A DNA stretch of 64,000 bases, from positions 182,148-246,147 of IMG/VR virus record IMGVR_UViG_3300042922_000542; one strand, 5' to 3'. How positions within the stretch are numbered: the stretch's first letter is position 1; every line of letters starts with the position of its first letter. Below, one piece after another: positions 1 to 10,544 of the stretch. Below the pieces are notes generated by a model. The model saw only the letters and a list, made by a program, of their open reading frames with translations, did not search any database and had not been told where the DNA came from. Made by a program: the position numbers and the translations under genes.

Positions 1-73
1 TTATACCCTCATCCACTATATTATGACCTATAAATTTTTGGTTAACACCTTCCACTGATTTATATATCGACAT
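1..73 (-). CDS. 5' end of a gene running off the window; paralogue of the 25330-26430 beta-propeller protein
   Basis: ATG at 73-71 with AAGGAG SD. Reads MSIYKSVEGVNQKFIGHNIVDEGI, versus MAIYKSIDGINKKIISHHIMDVGV at 26430. Confidence 0.75.
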   Translation of the reverse strand, partial: MSIYKSVEGVNQKFIGHNIVDEGI

Positions 74-139
74 ATTTTACTCTCCTTACGTGTTATAACT
101 TATAAACAGGTTTATTAATCATAAAAATGAATAAAAAAA

Positions 140-169
140 ATAAGTTGCCTGAATGACCAGGCAACTTAT
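140..169 (-). terminator. intrinsic terminator
   Basis: ATAAGTTGCCTG/CAGGCAACTTAT inverted repeat with a U tract on the minus strand, just after the 175 stop. Confidence 0.85.
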
Positions 170-174
170 ATGTG

Positions 175-690
175 TTAATTGAGAAATTCTCTTAAAATTA
201 ATGATTCAAAGAACATTTTAAGTCTTGAGTCATCAATAATATTATTCTTACTTGAAAATACAATTTTTAAGAAACCTGGAAAATTTTGTGTACGCATTTC
301 ATCATTGAATTTATACCAATTATTTGATATGAATTTAACAAAGTCTTCTGAACTACCACGTCTCTCCAATCTCTCGATCCAATCATTCTTTAATGTTCGA
401 TCTGGATATATTAATATTGTTTTGATATTATTTTCAGCAAGCGCCCCTCTAACAATATCATGACTGCTAACAAATATTACATCAACTTCACCAATATTTG
501 ATTTAATATGTTCTATGTAGTTATTTGGAAACTCTGGATTCCTTTCTTTGGTATTATTGCCATCTTTATCTTTAATCCAACTAAACTCGCTGCTGTCACT
601 ATCAATCATCTTAAAGAGATCTCCATATTTTTTACAACAATAACTTTTTCCTACTCCAGGAAATCCAGATATTACAAATGTTCTACGCAT
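175..690 (-). CDS. P-loop nucleotide/nucleoside kinase-like protein
   Basis: N-terminal Walker A GFPGVGKS, DSDSS, R-x-x-R-R lid-like motif. Confidence 0.7.
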   Translation of the reverse strand: MRRTFVISGFPGVGKSYCCKKYGDLFKMIDSDSSEFSWIKDKDGNNTKERNPEFPNNYIEHIKSNIGEVDVIFVSSHDIVRGALAENNIKTILIYPDRTLKNDWIERLERRGSSEDFVKFISNNWYKFNDEMRTQNFPGFLKIVFSSKNNIIDDSRLKMFFESLILREFLN

Positions 691-741
691 GATTTATTAT
701 CCCCCACTAAATTTATTATTTTATGTAATTTATTTTATTGA

Positions 742-1776
742 TTAAATATTGAAAACATTACTTGTTATTTTACCTAAAAATTGATCTTCAAGAGTCATAA
801 TATTTTGTAATAATATATTTGCTACATCATCAGATAAATCTTTTCTGATAAATTTATCCAACCCTACTATCATTGCCAATACTTTTCTCTTAGTAGTTTC
901 ACTCTTGTTATCAACATCATTGAACACTATGAGATTCATAAAATACATGAGCAGCAAATTACTCTGTGTATGATATTTCTCTTCTAAATATAGCTTTTCA
1001 AATTGAGCTATTTCCAAAATGAATTTTTCAGAAATCTTCAGCCTGCTTAATTCATTACGCGTTCTTTCAATTATGTATTGAATTTTGCGCGCATCATTGA
1101 ATGTATTTACGATATGACCCATATTCTTTTCATCGACAGCTTCTTTCAAAAAGTCCAAATATTTGAAATAAAAGTGATCGTACAGCTGCTTTTCCATAGA
1201 TGCTTTCTTTTCTGCATCCGTTTCTTGTTCAATAGCAGCTTTTAATTGTTCTATACTTAATTTTTCTCTATCTTCAATTATTTGAGAATATTGTTTAGAT
1301 AGATTATTGAAATCAAACAATGCACGCATATAATTGTAGAATGCTTGAGCTGCCCATTTAACTCTATCGACAGTCTGAGCCTGATCTACTCCAAATATCT
1401 CAGCGTCTTCACCGAATATTTCAATCAATTTTTCTTCGGATATATTATTAATTCCATTTACGAAATCAAAATCTTCTGGATATGTACTAGGATCATCTAA
1501 GTCTATTCCCTCTGGAACAATTCTGTTAGCTTCATTATAATCAATGATTATTCTCATTTGATTACTATTAACATTAAACTCAGATTGAGTTTGTTGCCAA
1601 ATTGATTCCTGATAAGATAGCATTTCCTTTACAGTATGCATTAAAGATTGTAATTCCTGCATTGATGGCATACTTTGATTTTCAACAGGTTCCGGTGTTT
1701 CTACCTCAGTTACAGCGTCAGCTTCACCTACAACTGTTGGTTGTATTTCCATTACTTCATCGTGATTATTTTCCAT
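742..1776 (-). CDS. hypothetical protein
   Basis: 344-aa ORF, GAGG SD, acidic N-terminus, helical. Confidence 0.8.
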   Translation of the reverse strand: MENNHDEVMEIQPTVVGEADAVTEVETPEPVENQSMPSMQELQSLMHTVKEMLSYQESIWQQTQSEFNVNSNQMRIIIDYNEANRIVPEGIDLDDPSTYPEDFDFVNGINNISEEKLIEIFGEDAEIFGVDQAQTVDRVKWAAQAFYNYMRALFDFNNLSKQYSQIIEDREKLSIEQLKAAIEQETDAEKKASMEKQLYDHFYFKYLDFLKEAVDEKNMGHIVNTFNDARKIQYIIERTRNELSRLKISEKFILEIAQFEKLYLEEKYHTQSNLLLMYFMNLIVFNDVDNKSETTKRKVLAMIVGLDKFIRKDLSDDVANILLQNIMTLEDQFLGKITSNVFNI

Positions 1777-1798
1777 ATTAATATACCTCTCTCTTTTT

Positions 1799-2266
1799 TT
1801 AATTTATAATAGTAATATCTTCAATTGCTCCATCCATTAGTTTATCGATTGTAACAATTGCTATATCACTGATATATTTCATATAATATTTTTCTGTTAA
1901 TAAATTATATCGATCCTTTAAAGGGTCGGTATCTTTAAATGACTCAAATACTTCAGTTGATATTTGACCTATTAATTGTTGTATTACAGTTCGACTTAAT
2001 TTAGTCATATCATTATTCATCTTAAATTTCTGAAACTCAATAACTGTAGTTTCGATTATTAAGAATTTTAGAAATTGATGAAATTCTTTGGTACGAATTG
2101 ATAGTGTTGATATATTACATACATCATCAACATGTTGCGACTGCAAAACACGAATTCTAGATTTTAATAATGATAATATTTTTAATCCAAATATTATCAA
2201 TACTAAATATATACCAAGATTAGATATGATGTTATATATAATATATCTTAGTGTAGGTTCAAACAT
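1799..2266 (-). CDS. hypothetical membrane-anchored protein
   Basis: N-terminal hydrophobic segment; AGGAGG SD. Confidence 0.75.
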   Translation of the reverse strand: MFEPTLRYIIYNIISNLGIYLVLIIFGLKILSLLKSRIRVLQSQHVDDVCNISTLSIRTKEFHQFLKFLIIETTVIEFQKFKMNNDMTKLSRTVIQQLIGQISTEVFESFKDTDPLKDRYNLLTEKYYMKYISDIAIVTIDKLMDGAIEDITIIN

Positions 2267-2788
2267 TTAATGTTCCTCCTTTCTTGATAATTCAGCAACG
2301 AACTCATCATGATATGTAATATCGGCTCTATTTCCATAAACAATAGGATTTTTAATAATATTTACCATTTTATTTAGTGAGTCTGACTCTAATAACATTA
2401 TGCTATTATCGGGATTTTTATATTTCCATTGTGTTGCAAAATCTCTTATTTCTAGAATTGATTGCATATCTTTAGAATCAGTTGCGCTAACAATAAAGAA
2501 CGGTAATTCATACTTCGATGCTAACGCTTCAACTTCAAGACAAAATTGTTTAGCTTTATTTATATCGTGTGCTCGTGCCTTAATTGTTTCGATAGCATTC
2601 GGGATACCTATATTTCTATTCATTAATGGAAATGTCATCGGACCTTCTAATAATATCTTAGGTATTCCTGCATTTTCACATATTTGATCTTGTAATGTTT
2701 CTACAAGTGTTTTTGGATTCGGCGGTGCAGGTATTTCAAGAATTGAATTCTTTAATTCAGGACTTATATCATTTAATTTATTATCCAT
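2267..2788 (-). CDS. hypothetical protein
   Basis: 173-aa ORF with AAGGAGG SD. Confidence 0.75.
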   Translation of the reverse strand: MDNKLNDISPELKNSILEIPAPPNPKTLVETLQDQICENAGIPKILLEGPMTFPLMNRNIGIPNAIETIKARAHDINKAKQFCLEVEALASKYELPFFIVSATDSKDMQSILEIRDFATQWKYKNPDNSIMLLESDSLNKMVNIIKNPIVYGNRADITYHDEFVAELSRKEEH

Positions 2789-2930
2789 ATTAACCTCCTT
2801 TATTATTTTTTAGAATGTAATGGGATATATGTATGTCCTTGATTGTCTGAAAAATAAATTTTATTATCAAACATAATAAGTACTAATGTCTGATTATTTA
2901 TTACTTCAATTTTACATGTCATTGATGGCA

Positions 2931-5249
2931 TTATATTGTTAATACCTCCAAGTTACGTTTAAATATATTGATGATATCATCTGTTAAATGTTTCTTCTTA
3001 AATGGTAAATTCTCCATCACATAATCCCAGACCTCATCAAAGTCATTGATCATATTAGGATTATCTTTAATATACCTCTTATACATTTTTGACAATTTCT
3101 TTACATGATACATTTCATTATTAGTGCAGAATATTACTCTATTCTTGACTGTATATGCAATAATTTCTTTGTCGTCGATTTCATCATCTATATATTCATC
3201 TTCATCATGAATTGATTCAATTTTAACACCTAATGACTTTAAGTACACCTGGAGTATTTCTGCAGATCTTGAAGTAAACTTATCTGGTATATTATATTCA
3301 CCGTCTTCTGATATAATAGCTTCATACATGAATCGTCTACCATCAATAGATGAGCGATACAGTGCAGTTATTAAAGCAAAATCTTCAGGACGTGTAATTA
3401 TCATAAAATTAGGTGTTTCATATTCACCGAATCGAATAGGCGTTTCTGAATGCCATAACTTTCCAATTTTATTTTCATTGCTCTTTTCAGGTAAACTCTC
3501 ATCAGATATGGCTCCTGCTGATCTAACACTGAATCCTTTTTCACCGCTTTGTTTTAGTAATAAAATATATTGATATCCAATATGATATTTTCCGACAAAT
3601 ATGTCCCTGCCCCAATTTGGCTTTGGTATAAATAGATTGTACGGTTTAACTATATCATCAAATTCCTTATAAATTCTAATAACTGCATCTCTTATCATAT
3701 TATCATCATCAAATGGTTCGACTTTTATGTATATACCTTTATTAATTGCAGATTTAATAAACTCCCTCTGCTCTCTTTCACTCATTGAATTATATAATTT
3801 TTCAGTGTCTTTGGCCTCTTTAGTATTAAATATTTTTATAACATCAAACATTATTTTCTTCTTATCATTTATACTATCCAATGTGGCCATATATTCTCTT
3901 ACACGTTCTAATATAAATGTTTTACTAGCCTCGAATAATGCCATAGGTATACCTCTATTTATAAAGGCTAATGGATTTGTTATTAATTCAATACGTTTCT
4001 TTTCTCCTTTTGGATGGACTGCACCATATTCATCGACATATGAATCTACTGTTATGTATGGCATTTCCTCGTCTGGTACAATTTTACTAACAACAGTTTT
4101 ATTACCATAACGCCCAGTAATTTTACGCCCAATTCTAATTGGCTCTTTTCGTCTAATTAGTATTTCAACCATCATATTAGAAAATATATTATCGTTAAAT
4201 GCCCACTTAGCATCCTCATCTAAATAATTCATAGCTTTACGCATCCAGTGGTTTATTTCACGATCAATTGATTTTGATCCGCTATTAATTATTTTTTTGC
4301 ATATACGATAAACTTCAGTATAGAATACCTTGGCATCATTATAGTATTGAAACAATTGCCTATTTAAATTGTTAGGTTTTAGTTTATGATTATTACAGTA
4401 TACATTTATATCTATTACTTCACCATCACCATAAAATATTTGATCCGATGAAAAGTTTATTGTTGTTAGTGATATATCACGAAGATCACTAAACATCCTA
4501 GTTTCTTTTATTGTTCGAGTTGCGGCTAGTATACCATTGGTAACAGTATCGCCGATATTTGGTAAACATTGATAATTATTATCATCACCATATAGATTAA
4601 TAAATACTGTATTATCATTCACTGGAATTGTGGTAGTGCTAATTTTATTACTCATCATTCTTTTAGCAAATGATTCTGATATCTTTATAGCGTCATCCTG
4701 AACATATGGATCTACAGCATATAATATTCTACCATTAACACCTATACTCACATTCATATCGTCATCATATGAAGTAGATGTATATAGTACAGTATTTGTT
4801 GGTATTGTATCGCCAATATTTGAATTATCTAAATAATCATTTTTATAGTCAAATCCAAATTTTTCAGTTAAATCTTCACATTCTTTTCTTTCTATTAATC
4901 TATAAGAATCGTCATCTTTACAATATAGAAAATATAATGCGCTATATGTTTTCCCTTTTAATAATTCATTATATTTTTTAACAATGTTTATAACTTTATA
5001 GGTCTTATTAGTTCTATAATAGAAAGATGAATTTGCACCAATGAGGTTTTCATTACCATTATATATGAATGGAAACTCTGGTTTATCTATTGTCAAATGT
5101 TGATTATGATGTTTAATATTCATGGTGGTACGCATCAATGCAGATTTACCTGGAAAATCCCCTTGTCCTACCATTGATAATTTCTTCTTACCGACTAATT
5201 CTTCATTCTTCTTTCTCAGTTCGTTTATTAAATTAAATTTTTCCTTCAT
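2931..5249 (-). CDS. phage multisubunit RNA polymerase beta subunit, C-terminal half (probably non-virion RNAP)
   Basis: QDDAI, GRKITGRYGNKTVVSKIVPDEEMPY, ITNPLAFINR and RFGEYE match the RpoB motifs EDSI, GDKMAGRHGNKGV, NPLGVPSR and RFGEME. Confidence 0.93.
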   Translation of the reverse strand: MKEKFNLINELRKKNEELVGKKKLSMVGQGDFPGKSALMRTTMNIKHHNQHLTIDKPEFPFIYNGNENLIGANSSFYYRTNKTYKVINIVKKYNELLKGKTYSALYFLYCKDDDSYRLIERKECEDLTEKFGFDYKNDYLDNSNIGDTIPTNTVLYTSTSYDDDMNVSIGVNGRILYAVDPYVQDDAIKISESFAKRMMSNKISTTTIPVNDNTVFINLYGDDNNYQCLPNIGDTVTNGILAATRTIKETRMFSDLRDISLTTINFSSDQIFYGDGEVIDINVYCNNHKLKPNNLNRQLFQYYNDAKVFYTEVYRICKKIINSGSKSIDREINHWMRKAMNYLDEDAKWAFNDNIFSNMMVEILIRRKEPIRIGRKITGRYGNKTVVSKIVPDEEMPYITVDSYVDEYGAVHPKGEKKRIELITNPLAFINRGIPMALFEASKTFILERVREYMATLDSINDKKKIMFDVIKIFNTKEAKDTEKLYNSMSEREQREFIKSAINKGIYIKVEPFDDDNMIRDAVIRIYKEFDDIVKPYNLFIPKPNWGRDIFVGKYHIGYQYILLLKQSGEKGFSVRSAGAISDESLPEKSNENKIGKLWHSETPIRFGEYETPNFMIITRPEDFALITALYRSSIDGRRFMYEAIISEDGEYNIPDKFTSRSAEILQVYLKSLGVKIESIHDEDEYIDDEIDDKEIIAYTVKNRVIFCTNNEMYHVKKLSKMYKRYIKDNPNMINDFDEVWDYVMENLPFKKKHLTDDIINIFKRNLEVLTI

Positions 5250-5614
5250 ATAATTATCCCTCCCACCTGTTTTATTATATTATGTAAATATAGAATATCA
5301 TTCTCATCAAATAATAATCCAAATGGGCATTTCCATTGAAACTCAATAGATATTAAATCTAAACCCGCTAAGAACCTCATCCAATTCTCCCATAATATCA
5401 TATGAAAATCATTATTCTCAATATCTAACCCAAATGATTCATTGATCGATGCTTCATATCTATCATTATAAATAAATAACCCATCAGTATTAAATTTATT
5501 GAATAATTCAATGCTCTTTAATATTTCTTTAGCAATAAGATCTACACTAAAATCAGAAACAAGTAGAACTTCTTTATCACTGTAGGTTTTAACAGCATCA
5601 CTTAAATCGAACAT
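5246..5614 (-). CDS. hypothetical protein
   Basis: 122-aa ORF, GGAGG SD, ATGA overlap with the RNAP gene. Confidence 0.75.
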   Translation of the reverse strand: MFDLSDAVKTYSDKEVLLVSDFSVDLIAKEILKSIELFNKFNTDGLFIYNDRYEASINESFGLDIENNDFHMILWENWMRFLAGLDLISIEFQWKCPFGLLFDENDILYLHNIIKQVGGIII

Positions 5615-5626
5615 ACGAATACCTCC

Positions 5627-6049
5627 TCATATAAATTTGGTGATTTTATTTAAATCTTGATATATGACAAGTGTCGTTAATCCATTTAACTCATCTTTAT
5701 ATGAGCAATCAGGCAACTCATTATAAACAAATATCTTTTTATCCTGTCTAAATGCTTCATACATCTCTAACATGGTTGCTCCACCTATATATCCTTCTTG
5801 TCTAATAGGTAAATCAAGATTGAGAACTAATACAGCATCGCATTCTTGGATTTGTTCTGCACTATGTATGAACATTGTTGCTTTCCATGATCGGTGTGTA
5901 ATAGGATCACTAGTATATTCAAATTCCAAATTTGGATTATCATACGAATTTGGATAAATAACCTCATGATTAAAATTATTGATTAATTCATCTGCTATCG
6001 GTTTGATTTCACCGTAACAATATTTACTGCAGATTAAAAATAGTTTCAT
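5627..6049 (-). CDS. nucleoside 2-deoxyribosyltransferase-like protein
   Basis: IQECDAVLVLN...GYIGGATMLEMYEA...KKIF pattern typical of the NDT-like fold. Confidence 0.65.
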   Translation of the reverse strand: MKLFLICSKYCYGEIKPIADELINNFNHEVIYPNSYDNPNLEFEYTSDPITHRSWKATMFIHSAEQIQECDAVLVLNLDLPIRQEGYIGGATMLEMYEAFRQDKKIFVYNELPDCSYKDELNGLTTLVIYQDLNKITKFI

Positions 6050-6128
6050 TTAAAACGCCCTCCCATTTATAGTCTAGTAACATCATAAGAAGAATATATA
6101 ATTATTATGTTAACACGAAACAATAAAT

Positions 6129-6166
6129 GAATATACAGTGTGGCTAAAATGCCACACTGTATATTC
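6129..6166. terminator. intrinsic terminator after tail tube gene
   Basis: 16-bp perfect stem GAATATACAGTGTGGC/GCCACACTGTATATTC. Confidence 0.8.
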
Positions 6167-6178
6167 TAGTTATTTTTA

Positions 6179-7255
6179 TTATCTACCAGCAAATCCTTGC
6201 CAATCGACAGGTGCTTGTCCAATACTTTCTTGGCCTGCTAGTTTACCATCGTTCATCGTCTTAGGAGTAACAATGGATGTTTTAGCATTAGCTGTTTGAT
6301 CGTATGCAGGTAAGTTACCAACATTCGTACCAGTAGCTGAGTCAGATGGTATTTGACCAAGGCTACGATTAAATAGATTAGCATTGCCTGGTGCATATAT
6401 AGCATCCCCAAGTTCAGGATTGAAGTTGTAGCTATTTGATACAATACGATATTGTTTCAATAAATCATTAGCTATACTTGTGATTATTGGAGAACGATAT
6501 ACAACACAGTTGAAGTTAAGATCATATGTAACGATATCATGAGATGGATTGGCATCCATGTTAAGCACCTGTTGTGAAATACCAGTTGGATAACAGTCAG
6601 CAAGTAACACCGCACGTTCAACTTGAGATCCTGAACGATCATGAAGTACATATATAAATTCACAAGTATGATTTGCTTCATTAAATGGTATACCTTCATC
6701 AGATTCATTTTCTCTTCTGTACAATCTCTTTTCTTTACCATCAGCATCTTTTCCGCCAGATATCCAACCACCGTATGTTGCGAGACCTGAGTTTTCATCA
6801 CCGATAGCATTCATCCATCCATCAATTACTGTATAGAATGGTGAGCCTGTAAATTCATATACACCTATTTGTATTGAGTTTGTAGTTTCTTTCGTTACAG
6901 TTGGTATATTGAATTGTCTTCCTGCAAATCCACCTTGTACAGGTGTACTAGCATTTTCAAGAACTTTATCCTGGAAACCAGTTACAGATCTATTCATATA
7001 TTCAAGCATATGTTTTACCTGAATAAATAATGAATCACTACTGTAAATATTATCACCGCCAGCAAACATTTTTGCAATTGCTTTTGGTGGTCTAACCATG
7101 AATAAACGTCCAAATCCATCCATTAATGGCGAATAGTTTGATAATGCATGATGTGTCGCATTAACTCCGCCAACAAATAAGCTATATTTTAGTATATCCG
7201 GGGAATCAAATTGTCTTCCGCCAGTTTGCGCTGTTATAACATTAGGCATTGCCAT
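6179..7255 (-). CDS. tail tube protein
   Basis: Translationally coupled directly after the sheath gene; beta-rich with a C-terminal DCYPTGI...YDLNFNC tube-like pattern. Confidence 0.75.
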   Translation of the reverse strand: MAMPNVITAQTGGRQFDSPDILKYSLFVGGVNATHHALSNYSPLMDGFGRLFMVRPPKAIAKMFAGGDNIYSSDSLFIQVKHMLEYMNRSVTGFQDKVLENASTPVQGGFAGRQFNIPTVTKETTNSIQIGVYEFTGSPFYTVIDGWMNAIGDENSGLATYGGWISGGKDADGKEKRLYRRENESDEGIPFNEANHTCEFIYVLHDRSGSQVERAVLLADCYPTGISQQVLNMDANPSHDIVTYDLNFNCVVYRSPIITSIANDLLKQYRIVSNSYNFNPELGDAIYAPGNANLFNRSLGQIPSDSATGTNVGNLPAYDQTANAKTSIVTPKTMNDGKLAGQESIGQAPVDWQGFAGR

Positions 7256-9666
7256 TATTTACCACCTCCTTGAGAATAGTCTGGTTGATTGATATCAATT
7301 TCCAGAATAATACGCTTATTGATATTACGGAAAGATACAGCTGCATAGCAATGCATCATCATATGTTTTTCTTCATATTCATTTGCTTCAAAGTAGATAT
7401 TTAAATCCTGAACCCAATTTCCAATCCATGGTCTATAAATATCCATTTGAGAATCTGTGTATCCTTTACGTACAACTGGATCACTCCACTCGTATAAGTA
7501 TCCACGATTAGATTTATCTAATCCTTTTTTAAGGATATTGAGTACACGCACATTAGTTTCTTCAAGCAATGCTGATGCATCATTTTGACATGTATTTTGA
7601 ACTGCACGTTGTACCGTAATTCCCTCGTCTAATGTCAGATAATAATTTACACGATTCTTGTATAATTCTTCTTTTACATCCCAGTCGATTAGATCTAATT
7701 CTGGCATGAATGTGTTTTTAATTATGTTTGGTATTTGTGCGTATGAATTTACAAACGGCTTATTAGGGCCATACTTAAGAATATGAGGAATTAATCTTTC
7801 TGCTAAGAAATATGTTACGGTAACTTTTACCTTTCTACCAGATGTAGGATCTATTATTTCATAATATCCAAGATCCACAGAGGTGTTTCTACCGTCGAAA
7901 GGTGCCATAGCATTTATTATAGAATGTAATTCTGAATTTACTTCGATTGATTTCAATCCAATTAATCCAGTATCAAGTTTTAATTCACAACCAGCTCCAG
8001 GTCCTTTAGCTAAAGGCATACCATTCTTATTACGGAATTGATTAAGGTCATACATTGCCTTTTTAACATTAACCTCGTCTGGAGTTATTTCTATAGAACC
8101 AGATGTTAGTATTGCTAAGGCCCTATAATCATCATCAGTTAATACTGTAGATCCATCATAAAGCATCTTTATAGTAGAATCGATATTTAAATCAACATCG
8201 CCAAGTGTCAAGTTATAATTAGCATCGAATATAAAATCAAGGTTTACTCTTGATGGAGAAAGAATGTATCTATCTTTCTTACCACGGAATGCCTTCACAT
8301 ATTCTTTTGATAATAATATCTTTAATTCAGCATTTGTTGGAGCACGATCTACACCCTCAATACTTATTGATTCAAAGTCACCATCAAATCCACCATCTAA
8401 TAGAACGCCTACATCTGTTGCTAAATTTTTACCATCATATTCAGCAGCATCAATTGCTTCTGGAACCCCATCATCATATGTTATTGCACCGTCTGCAGCT
8501 ATAGCAACAATGATATATGCATAACGACCATTATTGTGATCTGGGTCCGCAGTTAATAGAAGTTTCGCTCCAATAAATGCAGTATCCCAAGCAGATGTAT
8601 TAAGAGGTTTTACAGATGCAGTAGACTTATCTGGAACTACATATCCACGACTTTGAATTGTGTAATTCTGATAATAAGGTATTAATTCATCATTACGAGT
8701 ATTCAATTTATAACCGAATACTGGATCAAATGCATCTAAAGTTATCTTTTTAGCAACATCTAATTCATCTAAATCAGCCGTTGTCGGTGTGATTGTACCA
8801 ATATATGCTGCATTAAGTTCTACAATATCACTGTAAGCTTTAAATAACTTATCCATAGAATCTTCAAATGATTTAATTACAACTGGAGTAGTTCCAAGAG
8901 TATATTTATTAATAACATCATCAATCAAAGTTGATTGGTTATATTGAGATCCATTTGATAACGATCCAACAAAGTAATTCTTAGTTGCAGTTGCAATATC
9001 ATTTTCAATAACTCCGAATCCATACGCTTTAACATTGTAATCATATTCGAAATTATAATCACGAGTCAATCTTAATGAATATTGATTTCCATATTTACCT
9101 CTACCTGTTGATCTTACATAGAATAATGGAAGTACTTTATATCCAGTTAATGGGTCCGCAGTTTCGTTTGCTAATGATCTAGCATATTCCTCAATAGCAC
9201 TTTCGGTAATAGCACCGGCAGCAATTGCAGGTGGTTTTGCATATGCTGTTTCAAATTTAATTTCAAGTCTTTTCTTACCGGTCGGCTGTCCGTTTACATC
9301 TAATACATCTCCTGTACGATATTTAGCTAAAACTATTGTATTAGCATATCTCGCATTATCAGGAAGTACCCTCATAAACCATACGTTTGTATATTGATTA
9401 TTCAATAATACATCCGCCTGAAGAGATGACTGACCGTATTTTGTAAAGTTACTTTTTCCAAATAATTGCACCTTAGTTGCATAATCGGTCAATTTCATTA
9501 ATTTATTATCGATACCTTTATCAGCACCAGTTACAACTAATGTGGAATATGGTTTTTCTTCTACACTAAACGCAGCAACGTCTTCACTATAAAAGGTGTT
9601 ATCGTTGATTACAGTATGGACATGAGGCTGTGAATAATATGGAATTATTTGTGCAGTTTGTGGCAT
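7255..9666 (-). CDS. contractile tail sheath protein
   Basis: PHVHTVINDN start, FGKSNFTKYGQ, RVLPDNA, GRGKYGN and C-terminal sheath-like RVNYY...NVRVL; late promoter upstream. Confidence 0.85.
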   Translation of the reverse strand: MPQTAQIIPYYSQPHVHTVINDNTFYSEDVAAFSVEEKPYSTLVVTGADKGIDNKLMKLTDYATKVQLFGKSNFTKYGQSSLQADVLLNNQYTNVWFMRVLPDNARYANTIVLAKYRTGDVLDVNGQPTGKKRLEIKFETAYAKPPAIAAGAITESAIEEYARSLANETADPLTGYKVLPLFYVRSTGRGKYGNQYSLRLTRDYNFEYDYNVKAYGFGVIENDIATATKNYFVGSLSNGSQYNQSTLIDDVINKYTLGTTPVVIKSFEDSMDKLFKAYSDIVELNAAYIGTITPTTADLDELDVAKKITLDAFDPVFGYKLNTRNDELIPYYQNYTIQSRGYVVPDKSTASVKPLNTSAWDTAFIGAKLLLTADPDHNNGRYAYIIVAIAADGAITYDDGVPEAIDAAEYDGKNLATDVGVLLDGGFDGDFESISIEGVDRAPTNAELKILLSKEYVKAFRGKKDRYILSPSRVNLDFIFDANYNLTLGDVDLNIDSTIKMLYDGSTVLTDDDYRALAILTSGSIEITPDEVNVKKAMYDLNQFRNKNGMPLAKGPGAGCELKLDTGLIGLKSIEVNSELHSIINAMAPFDGRNTSVDLGYYEIIDPTSGRKVKVTVTYFLAERLIPHILKYGPNKPFVNSYAQIPNIIKNTFMPELDLIDWDVKEELYKNRVNYYLTLDEGITVQRAVQNTCQNDASALLEETNVRVLNILKKGLDKSNRGYLYEWSDPVVRKGYTDSQMDIYRPWIGNWVQDLNIYFEANEYEEKHMMMHCYAAVSFRNINKRIILEIDINQPDYSQGGGK

Positions 9667-9726
9667 AATTGTATATCTCCTTTACTTTATATTTTTAACG
9701 AAAAAAGCTACATTATTTACTTGCTT

Positions 9727-9738
9727 TAAGAAATTGTT
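9727..9738 (-). promoter_or_regulatory. late promoter AACA-N6-TA (sheath/tube)
   Basis: Minus strand reads AACAATTTCTTA; matches the AR9 late consensus. Confidence 0.7.
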
Positions 9739-9750
9739 ACTATAACAAGT

Positions 9751-10470
9751 TTAATATCTAATAATTTTCTCAAGAGGGGACACTGGTTCTTCTACTCCTT
9801 CAATTGTATTATTAATACCACTTGTTATCATCCTGTTGATGTCTTCATATACTAATCCTGAAAATGTTGATAAGTTTTCAACAATATCTCTAATATTACC
9901 AGTTTTATATCGATAACCACTAATAAATGGCGATTTACCATAGTATTCGCCAAATCTCTGTTTGACATCATTGGGATTTCGATATATACTTGCTATAATG
10001 GATTCATATATTTTTGATGGTACGTTAAATGAAATATTTGCCAATTCAAGATTTTTCCACCATATATCAGCGATTTTTGCATAATCCAATGTTTTTGGCA
10101 ATTTACCATTCATCATATATCGTAAAAATAATTCTGCAACTTCTCTACCTTGAGTTATATATTCAAAGAACATAAATGAATCCTTTACATAATTACAGGA
10201 TAACACATCAATAGTTAGACCATGTATTGTAATGGCAGTTTCTGAAGTTTCATAAATATTAATAGTTAATATAGTTGGTATATTTAAGAGTTTAATACCT
10301 TGTGGTGCGCCATTTTTAAATTCTTGAATATATAATAAACCTAACGTTTCTATAGTTGATCCATTATTTGTTGCGAATCCAGCAGTATCGAAATATGTCG
10401 TCGGTATATAGATTTCACAATATGAATTATTATAAATACGACCATTTGAGTTATATAATAGATTTGACAT
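9751..10470 (-). CDS. small RNA polymerase beta' extreme C-terminal subunit (probably virion RNAP)
   Basis: ISFNVPSKIYESIIASIYR and STFSGLVYEDINRMITSGI...PLEKII align by eye with RpoC VKINDKHIEVIVRQM and SFISAASFQETTRVLTEAA...LKENVI. Confidence 0.65.
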   Translation of the reverse strand: MSNLLYNSNGRIYNNSYCEIYIPTTYFDTAGFATNNGSTIETLGLLYIQEFKNGAPQGIKLLNIPTILTINIYETSETAITIHGLTIDVLSCNYVKDSFMFFEYITQGREVAELFLRYMMNGKLPKTLDYAKIADIWWKNLELANISFNVPSKIYESIIASIYRNPNDVKQRFGEYYGKSPFISGYRYKTGNIRDIVENLSTFSGLVYEDINRMITSGINNTIEGVEEPVSPLEKIIRY

Positions 10471-10511
10471 AACTTACTTGTACCTCCTTTACATTAGTAG
10501 TCATTACGTAT

Positions 10512-10523
10512 TATTTGAATGGT
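10512..10523 (-). promoter_or_regulatory. late promoter variant ACCA-N6-TA
   Basis: ACCATTCAAATA about 40 nt upstream of the start codon. Confidence 0.45.
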
Positions 10524-10544
10524 TTAGTACAATTAAATGAAAAA

